Origin: Candidatus Firestoneibacteriota bacterium
Lineage (GTDB): Bacteria; Oederibacteriota; D2-FULL-39-29; JBDRBU01
Assembly (NCBI GenBank): GCA_043822305.1
Contig: JBDRBU010000028.1
Span: 1 to 11,681, forward strand
Direction of reading: 5' to 3'
Length of the DNA: 11,681 nucleotides
Both the position numbers and the translations under genes were made by a program. Position 1 is the stretch's first letter, and the number at the start of each line of letters is the position of its first letter. Shown here in pieces: positions 1 to 7,478 of this stretch. The notes under the pieces are model-generated. The model did no database searches and was not told the origin of the DNA. It saw only the letters and a program-made list of their open reading frames with translations.

Positions 1-261
1 TTCTTTTAACCTTATCTTATTTGTTATCTCTTCTGCTATTTTAATTAATTCTTCTTTCGCTTGAACCAATGATTCTTGTCCTTGAATCTTATTATGAATT
101 AAAGAAACAATGTCTTTCCAATCTTTCTTTGCTACTTTAAAGTTTTTCAAGATTAAAATATCTCTTTGTCTTGGTCCAGAAGAAGTTGAAAATGTTTCCA
201 CAAGTTTGTAGTATTTGTAGAGCATATTGTTTTTCTTAATTTTTAATTCTCTGATATACAT
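1..261 (-). CDS. IS1634-family DDE transposase, N-terminal 87 aa (runs off the left edge; absent from the ORF track)
   Basis: My translation from ATG 261 gives MYIRELKIKKNNMLYKYYKLVETFSTSSGPRQRDILILKNFKVAKKDWKDIVSLIHNKIQGQESL..., open to position 1. The M(F/Y)IR...Y..LVE.....GPRQR.IL...W pattern is typical of IS1634 transposase N-termini. Confidence 0.8.
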   Translation of the reverse strand, partial: MYIRELKIKKNNMLYKYYKLVETFSTSSGPRQRDILILKNFKVAKKDWKDIVSLIHNKIQGQESLVQAKEELIKIAEEITNKIRLKE

Positions 262-267
262 ATTTAA

Positions 268-296
268 ATTTTACAACATTTTTAATATCTTGTCAA
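268..296 (-). promoter_or_regulatory. Sigma70-type promoter of the transposase
   Basis: Minus strand TTGACA (296..291), 17 bp, TAAAAT (273..268), 6 nt, then ATG 261. Confidence 0.65.
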
Positions 297-430
297 GAGA
301 AATCTTCTCTATTCAACACTTTTTTATCACTATTTTACAAATCTGAAATATAAATCCTTTAATTTTAATGGTTTTTTTCAAAAAAGTATCCTGTTTTTGA
401 CTCTTTTAAACTAAAACTGCGGAAGTTGGG

Positions 431-675
431 ACGAATTAAAATCCATAATTAAAAAAACAAAAACTACGGCTGTGTTTGTAACTCACGACAGAAACGAGGC
501 GTTAAGTATTGCCGACAGAATAGCAATTTTAATAAATGGAAAGATTCAACAAATAGGAAAACCAGAAGAGATATTTTCAAACCCAATAAATAAAGAAGTT
601 GCTGAATTCATTGGCTTTGAAAACATCTTGCCGGAAGTGATTTTGACCTGCCCCCCAAAAACTAGTCAAAGCTGA
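431..675 (+). pseudogene. Internal fragment of an ABC transporter ATP-binding subunit (CysA/PotA/WtpC-like importer class)
   Basis: The frame of ORF 472..675 extends back to the IS junction: ELKSIIKKTKTTAVFVTHDRNEALSIADRIAILINGKIQQIGKPEEIFSNPINKEVAEFIGFENIL. It has the H-loop (VTHD) and the GxPEEI..P..VA.FIG.EN motif. Walker A/B, signature and TOBE domain are absent, and the last ~10 codons are read from an IS3-like end. Confidence 0.8.
644..669. mobile_element. Isolated IS3-family-like terminal inverted repeat (scar)
   Basis: TGACCTGCCCCCCAAAAACTAGTCAA begins with TG and has the TGACCTGCCCC-A-run form I recognise from IS3-family ends. It coincides with loss of ABC similarity, and no transposase follows. 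Confidence 0.5.
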
Positions 676-689
676 ATTGAAACAAATTT

Positions 690-1862
690 TTACTTAATCT
701 CCCTTGCTCCATCAGAAGATTCACAAACCCAAATTTCCGATATTTTGCCAATCTTTTTTGGGTATTCGGATAGGATTTTTGATTTAAAATTTTCTATTGA
801 TTCTGCTTTAACCAGACTAATAGTACAACCGCCAAATCCTCCACCAATAATACGAGTTCCATAAACTCCTTTAACACTATCTGCTAATTCAACCATTACA
901 TCTAATTCATTACAACTAATCTCAAACAAATCTCTCATGCTCTTTTGCGACTCCTGTTGCAATCTCCCTATATAATCAATGTTATTTTGTTTTAAAGCAT
1001 CTGCAACTTTTCTTACTCTATCTATTTCATAAATTATATGATTAGCTCGTTTATTCAATGGATGTGGCAATTTGTCCTTATATCTTTCAAAATCATCTAT
1101 ACTTACATCTCTTAAAACCCTAATACCCGGGATGAATTTCTTTAATATCTCTACTGCTTCACCACATTGTTGTCTTCTCTTATTATACTCAGAACCGGCT
1201 AATGTTCTTTCCTTTTTCGTATCACATACAACAAATTTAATGTCAGAAAATTTTATAGGAATAAGTTCGAAACTCAAATCTGCACAATCTAAAAATATTA
1301 AATGGTCTTTTTTACTCATAGTAGAAGCAAACTGGTCCATTATTCCACACATTACACCTACAAATTTATTCTCTGCTTTTTGAGATACCTTAATTAAATC
1401 AACACCCGAAAGGTCTAATCCTTGAAGTGCTCTGACAGTGTAAGCTGTCCCAACTTCTAACGCCGCAGAAGAACTCATCCCTCCACCTTGAGGGATGTCT
1501 CCACCAAATACCAGATTTACACCATTTATTTTGAAACCCATTTCTTTTAGAAAATAAAAAACCCCCAGAAGATAATTAGCCCATTTTTTTTTATCGTTAA
1601 ATTGTAACTCATTTAAAGAAACCTCGCATCCCTCATTATAATCAATAGAAAACATTTTCAATAAATTATCATTTCTATTTTGAGCAACCATTAAAATTTC
1701 TCTATCAACAGCCGTAGGAAGAACAAGCCCTGAATTATAGTCGGTATGCCCACCTATTATATTTACTCTCCCTGGTCCTGCGAAAATTCTTGGATTTTCA
1801 CTCCGCGGAAAAAGTTCTTTAAACTTCTTTAGAATCACTTCTCTTCTTTTTTCTATATTCAT
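690..1862 (-). CDS. galK: Galactokinase-family GHMP sugar-1-kinase
   Basis: PGRVNIIGGHTDYN (GalK signature with E>G), PQGGGMSSSAA ATP loop, AEN.FVG..CGIMDQF, YN.RR, GGGFGGC; 390 aa. Confidence 0.88.
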   Translation of the reverse strand: MNIEKRREVILKKFKELFPRSENPRIFAGPGRVNIIGGHTDYNSGLVLPTAVDREILMVAQNRNDNLLKMFSIDYNEGCEVSLNELQFNDKKKWANYLLGVFYFLKEMGFKINGVNLVFGGDIPQGGGMSSSAALEVGTAYTVRALQGLDLSGVDLIKVSQKAENKFVGVMCGIMDQFASTMSKKDHLIFLDCADLSFELIPIKFSDIKFVVCDTKKERTLAGSEYNKRRQQCGEAVEILKKFIPGIRVLRDVSIDDFERYKDKLPHPLNKRANHIIYEIDRVRKVADALKQNNIDYIGRLQQESQKSMRDLFEISCNELDVMVELADSVKGVYGTRIIGGGFGGCTISLVKAESIENFKSKILSEYPKKIGKISEIWVCESSDGAREIK

Positions 1863-1899
1863 ATTTTATCTTTCGACATACAAACGATGCACTCCATAA

Positions 1900-2808
1900 T
1901 CAAAAATATTTAACTGTCTTTTTTAAACCTTCATCCAATAAAACTACAGGCTTCCATTTTAAAACTCTTTTTGCCTTATCGAAAGATAAAATATTTTTTC
2001 TTAAATCTCCGGCTCTGGCAGGACCACACTTTGGTTTTTCTTTGAACCCAATTATTTTAGCTAATTTTTTATATAATTCATTCACATCAGTTCCTGTATT
2101 TGTTCCTATATTAAATCCACCAACAACATCTGATTTTAATGCAGCCATATTTGCATTAACAACATCACCGCAATAAACATAATCTCTAATATATTTACCA
2201 TCCCCATTTATAATGGGAGTAATACCACCTAGCATAGATTTGACAAATATCGCCACAACCCCTGCTTCACCATGAGAGTCCTGTCTTGGTCCATAAACAT
2301 TTGAATATCTCAAGGAAATATAAGGTAATTTATATTCTTTATAATAAAATCTTAAATAATATTCTATAATCATCTTAGCCATACCATATGGAGAAGAAGC
2401 ATCAAATTTAAATTTTTCTGTAATCGGAAACTTATTTGGTTCACCATAAATTGTTCCGCCCGATGAAGCAAAGATAATCTTTTTCACACCGTTTAACCTG
2501 GCAAACTCTAAAAGTCTTAAAGTACCCATAATATTTACTCTTGCATCTTCAAATGGAGATCTTACTGATTTAGAAACACTAATTTGAGCAGCATGATGAA
2601 TTATATAATCTGGTATATCTTTTTTTAAAATCCTGGTTGCCTCACTGGTAGTTATATCATATTTATAAAACTTGGCGAGATGATTTATGTTTTCTTTCTT
2701 CCCTGTTGATAAATCATCAAGAATAATAACTTCATGGCCTTTCTTAATACATTCATCAACTATATGCGAACCTATAAAACCTGCTCCACCTGTAACTAAT
2801 ACTTTCAT
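1900..2808 (-). CDS. Extended-SDR NAD-dependent UDP-hexose(NAc) 4-epimerase (GalE-like)
   Basis: TGGAGFIG NAD motif, HHAAQ, ASSGG, YxxxK (SPYGMAK), RYSNVYGPRQ, RDYVY. SD AGAGGT at 2820..2815. Confidence 0.9.
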   Translation of the reverse strand: MKVLVTGGAGFIGSHIVDECIKKGHEVIILDDLSTGKKENINHLAKFYKYDITTSEATRILKKDIPDYIIHHAAQISVSKSVRSPFEDARVNIMGTLRLLEFARLNGVKKIIFASSGGTIYGEPNKFPITEKFKFDASSPYGMAKMIIEYYLRFYYKEYKLPYISLRYSNVYGPRQDSHGEAGVVAIFVKSMLGGITPIINGDGKYIRDYVYCGDVVNANMAALKSDVVGGFNIGTNTGTDVNELYKKLAKIIGFKEKPKCGPARAGDLRKNILSFDKAKRVLKWKPVVLLDEGLKKTVKYF

Positions 2809-2826
2809 TTAAATACCTCTTTTAAT

Positions 2827-2835
2827 ATTATAGCA
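2827..2835 (-). promoter_or_regulatory. Extended -10 promoter for the epimerase-kinase pair
   Basis: Minus strand TGCTATAAT (TGn + TATAAT) just upstream of the SD; no good -35. Confidence 0.6.
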
Positions 2836-2867
2836 GAAAATTTTAAATTATTAAAGAAAATTATTAA

Positions 2868-2896
2868 TTGACAAAATATAAATTATTAGGTATGAT
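2868..2896 (+). promoter_or_regulatory. Sigma70-type promoter of the phosphorylase
   Basis: TTGACA (2868..2873), 17 bp, TATGAT (2891..2896). Confidence 0.7.
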
Positions 2897-2903
2897 TAAA
2901 TAT

Positions 2904-5372
2904 ATGGAAGAAAATAAAAAACCAAATACAGATTCAAAATGGGTAGTCATAGGACAAAAAGAGATAACGAAAGAAAGCATACAAAGATCGTTTCAATATA
3001 ATCGTGAATATTTGCTGGCTAAAGATAAATATACAACAACTGGCCATGATAATTTCATGGCACTGGCTCTGGCCGTAAGAAATAAACTTGTAGAACAATG
3101 GTTATTAACACAGGAAAAGTATCATAACGAAAATCCAAAAAGAGTTTATTATCTGTCTATGGAATTTTTAATCGGAAGACTTCTAAAAAACAACATGATA
3201 AATCTTAACTGTGAAGCAATAATCAAATCTGCCCTAAAAGAGATGGATTTAGATATAGAAGATATAACAGAACAAGAAGTTGATGCCGGACTTGGTAATG
3301 GTGGATTAGGCAGGCTTGCCGCGTGCTTTTTAGAATCAATGGCTACTCTGGGTATTCCGTCACATGGCTACGGCATACGCTATGATTATGGAATATTTAA
3401 ACAAAAAATAATTAACGGATATCAGATTGAATATGTTGATGAGTGGTTAAAACCAGGAAATCCTTGGGAATTTATAAGACCTGAATACGCTGTTAAAGTA
3501 AAATTTAAAGGGAATGTAGAAAAAGTAGTTGATCATGGAAAAACAAAAGCAAAATGGGTTAATACTGATGATATTCTTGCTATGCCCTACGATACCCCAG
3601 TTGCAGGATATAAAAATGGTATAGTTAATACATTAAGATTATGGTCTGCCAGAAGTGTTGAAGAATTTGACCTTAAACATTTCAACGCGGGTAATTACGA
3701 ACAATCTGTTTACGATAAAATATATTCTGAAAATATTTCAAAAGTGCTGTATCCAAATGACGATTTTTATAAGGGCCGAGAACTTAGATTAAGTCAAGAA
3801 TACTTCTTTACTGCATCTTCCATTGCAGATATTATACGAAGATTTAAAAAGGATAATAAAGATATAAGAGACCTACCAAAAAAAGTTGCTATCCAACTTA
3901 ACGATACACATCCAACATTAGCCATTGCAGAACTTATGCGGATATTGATTGATGAAGAAAACATAGAATGGGCTGAAGCTTGGAACACAGTTGTCAATAC
4001 ATTTGCCTATACTAACCATACTGTTATGCCCGAAGCACTTGAAAAATGGTCAGTTAAAATGTTTGAAGAACTACTTCCAAGACATCTTCAAATTATCTAC
4101 GAAATTAATGCAAAATTCCTTGATGAAGTAGATAAAAAATTTCCAAAAGATATTGAACATAGAATAAGGTTGTCACTCATTGAAGAGGGAGAACCAGATT
4201 TAATACAAATGGCATATTTAGGTGTGATAGGAAGTCACTCAACAAATGGGGTTTCAGAACTTCATTCTAATCTTCTTAAAACACATGTCTTTAAAGATTT
4301 TTATGAAATGTATCCTGAAAGATTTAATAATAAAACTAACGGCGTAACCCAAAGGAGATGGTTGTTAGAATCAAATCCAAAGTTATCTAATCTTATAACA
4401 GAAGCTATCGGCCTACGATGGATAACCGATGCTCTTGAACTTGAAAAAATTTTATCATTTAAAGAAGACCTTTCTTTCAGAAAAAGATGGCAGGAGATAA
4501 AAACAGAAAACAAAGAATCACTTTCAAATTTTATAAATAAAACTACCGGAATATTAGTTAATCCTGAATCAATCTTTGACATACAGGTTAAACGAATACA
4601 TGAATACAAACGTCAATCCCTGTTCTGCTTTTATATTATATCCGAATACCTTAAAATTAAAAAAAATCCAAATACACCCTTTATACCCAGAACATTTATA
4701 TTTGGTGGAAAAGCAGCTCCCGGCTATGACATGGCAAAACTTACAATTAAATTTATAAATAATATCGGGGAAACAATAAATAATGATAAAACCATTCATG
4801 ACAAAATAAAAGTAGTTTTTATAGAAAACTACGGTGTTTCAGTTGCAGAAAAAATATTTCCAGCAGGTGAATTATCTGAGCAAATATCTACGGCTGGAAC
4901 AGAAGCTTCTGGCACTGGTTGTATGAAATTTATGATGAACGGGGCATTAACCATAGGAACACTTGATGGAGCAAATATAGAAATTTTAGATGCTGTTGGT
5001 TGTGATCATATGTTTATATTCGGACTTAAAACTAATGAGATTCAGGAATTAAAAAACCATGGGGTTTCTCCAAATGAGTTTATTAACCAATCTCCTACTT
5101 TGCAAGAAATAATAAACCTAATAAAAAATAATTTCTTTTCACCAAACGAACATGGAATATTTGAACCTATTCTTAACTCTCTTTCAAACATTGATAGATT
5201 CTTTGTTTGTGCAGATTTTGAATCATACCTAAAAGCACAAGAATCAGTTTCAATTTTATATAAAAACTCTGATGAATGGATAAAAAAATCAATCATCAAT
5301 GTGGCTAAGTCTGGAAGATTCTCAAGTGATAGAACAATAAAAGAATACTTAAAAGACATATGGGGGAAGTAA
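2904..5372 (+). CDS. glgP: Glycogen/starch/alpha-glucan phosphorylase (GT35, PLP-dependent)
   Basis: YYLSMEFLIGR, GLGNGGLGRLAACF, QLNDTHP, YTNHT.MPEALE, NKTNGVT.RRW, KRIHEYKRQ, GGKAAPGY, EASGTGCMK (PLP Lys), FSSDRTI. I moved the start from TTG 2868, which is the -35 box, to in-frame ATG 2904. Confidence 0.96.
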   Translation: MEENKKPNTDSKWVVIGQKEITKESIQRSFQYNREYLLAKDKYTTTGHDNFMALALAVRNKLVEQWLLTQEKYHNENPKRVYYLSMEFLIGRLLKNNMINLNCEAIIKSALKEMDLDIEDITEQEVDAGLGNGGLGRLAACFLESMATLGIPSHGYGIRYDYGIFKQKIINGYQIEYVDEWLKPGNPWEFIRPEYAVKVKFKGNVEKVVDHGKTKAKWVNTDDILAMPYDTPVAGYKNGIVNTLRLWSARSVEEFDLKHFNAGNYEQSVYDKIYSENISKVLYPNDDFYKGRELRLSQEYFFTASSIADIIRRFKKDNKDIRDLPKKVAIQLNDTHPTLAIAELMRILIDEENIEWAEAWNTVVNTFAYTNHTVMPEALEKWSVKMFEELLPRHLQIIYEINAKFLDEVDKKFPKDIEHRIRLSLIEEGEPDLIQMAYLGVIGSHSTNGVSELHSNLLKTHVFKDFYEMYPERFNNKTNGVTQRRWLLESNPKLSNLITEAIGLRWITDALELEKILSFKEDLSFRKRWQEIKTENKESLSNFINKTTGILVNPESIFDIQVKRIHEYKRQSLFCFYIISEYLKIKKNPNTPFIPRTFIFGGKAAPGYDMAKLTIKFINNIGETINNDKTIHDKIKVVFIENYGVSVAEKIFPAGELSEQISTAGTEASGTGCMKFMMNGALTIGTLDGANIEILDAVGCDHMFIFGLKTNEIQELKNHGVSPNEFINQSPTLQEIINLIKNNFFSPNEHGIFEPILNSLSNIDRFFVCADFESYLKAQESVSILYKNSDEWIKKSIINVAKSGRFSSDRTIKEYLKDIWGK

Positions 5373-5647
5373 AAAGGGACACTATTTTTTTAATTTCTCA
5401 AGGTCATTTGGAACATCAGTACAGTTAACAGTTTTATCCATTTTATCTGGGAGATTCATTTTTCGAATAATATCTATCATTAATTTCTCAAAGTTTGGCA
5501 TGAACATATGGGTGCTGTTTTTGTAATTCACATACTCTTGGGGGCAAAAATAAATTTAAAATCTCTTTTACTTATAACTTATTCTCCAATTTTTCGTAAG
5601 TATTCAGTAAAAGCCATCTAACTCTTTTAAAAACAATAATTTTCATT

Positions 5648-5714
5648 GATAGCCGCAGGCTCTTTAGTCCTGTACCCGAGTATAACGAGTGGTACAGGGT
5701 TTAGCCTGCGTATC
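5648..5714. repeat. Nested REP/MITE-like palindrome immediately downstream of rpoD
   Basis: Outer arms CGCAGGCT (5654..5661) / AGCCTGCG (5703..5710); inner arms CCTGTACC (5669..5676) / GGTACAGG (5691..5698); TTTAG direct repeats at 5663..5667 and 5700..5704. Confidence 0.75.
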
Positions 5715-5717
5715 GTA

Positions 5718-7424
5718 TTACTGTTGTTCTAAAAATCCTTTCAAAACTCTTGCTCTAACCGGATGTTTTAATTTTCTTAATGCCTTTGCTTCTATCTGTC
5801 TTACTCTTTCTCTTGTTATATTGAATATATTACCAACGTCTTCCAATGTATATGGATATGGTTTATTAATACCAAATCGAAGTCTAATAACCTCTGCTTC
5901 GCGTGTTTTAAGTGTTCGTAAAACCCTCTCCAACTGTTCCTGTAATATTAAATGAGCAGCAGCACCCGCAGGAGAAACCACCTCTTTATCTTCTATGATA
6001 TCACTTAAATGTCCATCTTTATCTTCACCAATAGGTGTCTCAAGTGATACTGGCTCCTGAGCTATTTTCAAAACCTCTCTTATTTTCTCTGGAGGTAGAT
6101 CCATATTCCCAGCAACTTCATCCGGAGAAGGTTCTCTTCCAAGATTCTGCAATAATCCTTTGTAATTTTTTACTAATTTATTTAAGGTCTCTATCATATG
6201 GACCGGTATTCTTATTGTTCTTCCCTGGTCAGCAATGGCCCTGGTTATAGCCTGTCTTATCCACCAGGTAGCATATGTACTAAATTTATAACCTCTCTCA
6301 TATTCAAATTTATCAACAGCTCTCATCAGACCAATATTCCCTTCTTGAATTAAATCAAGAAAATGAAGCCCTCTATTAGTATACTTTTTGGCAATACTTA
6401 CAACTAATCTAAGATTAGCTTTAACTAATTTCATTTTAGATTCATATGCTCTCTTCTCGCTCTCTTCTATCTTTTTTGAATTCGTTTTCAACTTTGAAGT
6501 AATAATATCATATTCTTTCTCTATCTTGTTTATTTTTCTCTCATTAGATACTATTTTTTTGTAAAAATTAATTAATTCTTTTTTACTGAATTTTTTCTTA
6601 AATTTCACCTTTTTTTTATTATTTATTTTTTTCAACTGCTCCTTACTTAAATTACAAGTATTTTCAATCAATTCAATTTCTTTTTCAAAATTCTGCACAT
6701 GACCAGACAACTCTTTAATGCTGTTTATCATCTTTTTTTTCTCTTCTGTGCTGATATCCAAAGCAATAAGAGCATTAATTATTCTGTCGCAACCTTCCAT
6801 CTTTTTTTCTTCCAATAAAGCCCTTTGTCTATCGCTTATTCTTTTTTTTCTTAATCTTGAATCAATCTTTTTTATTCTATTCTCTTCAAATTTAATCTTT
6901 CTTAAAGTTTCTCTTAATATTTTCCTATACCTTTTAACTATTCTTTTAGAAATTTCACTTTCCGAATCAATATTAACTAATTCTTGAATCCCTTTTTTAT
7001 TTTCTAAAACCTCGCGTGATGCTAATTTAAATTTTTCTAATATAAATTCAGCACTAAAAAGAATTCTGTCTATTTCTTCTTCCGCCTCTCTTATTTCCTT
7101 GGCAAAACTTAATTCTTCTTCCCTGGTTAGTATTGGAATTTGACCCATAGACTTTAAATATAACCTTATAGGGTCATCGACTATTGCTTCTGTTGGTTGT
7201 TCTAAATGAATCCCTATTTCAGATAAAACTTTTTCTTCCTTGGGTGTATCAACTATATCTATATGCATCTCTCCTAACTTAGTTAAAATGTTATCTATCT
7301 CATCTGGTGAAATAACATCTTCTGGCAAAATATCATTCACCTCTTGATAAGTTAGGAATCCTTTTTCTTTCCCCATCTCAATAAGTTGTTCAAGATTAGT
7401 AATTTTGGTATTAATCTTAGCCAA
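5718..7424 (-). CDS. rpoD: Primary RNA polymerase sigma factor RpoD/SigA with a long non-conserved region
   Basis: Region 1.1 ([16 protein letters not shown]), region 1.2 (DDPIRLYL), [60 protein letters not shown] start with SD AAGGAGGT at 7435..7428. Confidence 0.98.
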   Translation of the reverse strand: MAKINTKITNLEQLIEMGKEKGFLTYQEVNDILPEDVISPDEIDNILTKLGEMHIDIVDTPKEEKVLSEIGIHLEQPTEAIVDDPIRLYLKSMGQIPILTREEELSFAKEIREAEEEIDRILFSAEFILEKFKLASREVLENKKGIQELVNIDSESEISKRIVKRYRKILRETLRKIKFEENRIKKIDSRLRKKRISDRQRALLEEKKMEGCDRIINALIALDISTEEKKKMINSIKELSGHVQNFEKEIELIENTCNLSKEQLKKINNKKKVKFKKKFSKKELINFYKKIVSNERKINKIEKEYDIITSKLKTNSKKIEESEKRAYESKMKLVKANLRLVVSIAKKYTNRGLHFLDLIQEGNIGLMRAVDKFEYERGYKFSTYATWWIRQAITRAIADQGRTIRIPVHMIETLNKLVKNYKGLLQNLGREPSPDEVAGNMDLPPEKIREVLKIAQEPVSLETPIGEDKDGHLSDIIEDKEVVSPAGAAAHLILQEQLERVLRTLKTREAEVIRLRFGINKPYPYTLEDVGNIFNITRERVRQIEAKALRKLKHPVRARVLKGFLEQQ

Positions 7425-7441
7425 ACAACCTCCTTCAAACT

Positions 7442-7465
7442 GTCGTCAAGGGTCTTTAGACCCTG
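7442..7465. repeat. REP-like hairpin in the dnaG-rpoD spacer
   Basis: AGGGTC-TTTA-GACCCT (7449..7464), preceded by GTCG, which is close to the GTAG found at REP ends. Confidence 0.55.
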
Positions 7466-7478
7466 TATTAAACAGCAT

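Larger units (their letters stand above)
1..430 (-). mobile_element. Left part of an IS1634-family insertion sequence; terminal inverted repeat about 414..430
   Basis: The minus strand from 430 reads CCCAACTTCCGCAGTTTT, resembling IS1634-type ends. It lies about 170 bp upstream of the transposase ATG, and ABC-ATPase coding sequence starts abruptly at 431. The other end is outside the window. Confidence 0.72.

Noticed and set aside
601..678. GCTGAATT direct repeat at 601..608 and 671..678 as a possible target-site duplication
   Set aside because: The first copy is inside normal ABC coding sequence (AEF) and 35 bp from the IS3-like end; an 8-mer match is plausible by chance.
5373..5390. Similarity between AAAATAGTGTCCCT (minus strand, 5388..5375) and AAAATAGTCCCCT (11474..11486)
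   Set aside because: Short and low-complexity; the second copy is already explained by the rpsU leader stem.
5572..5646. Tiny minus-strand ORFs MKIIVFKRVRWLLLNTYEKLENKL and MAFTEYLRKIGE
   Set aside because: Too short, no SD and no recognisable domain; a ribbon-helix-helix remnant is conceivable but unsupported.
5641..5717. tRNA or intrinsic terminator downstream of rpoD
   Set aside because: No cloverleaf, TTC T-loop or CCA end, and no U-tract after the stem on either strand.
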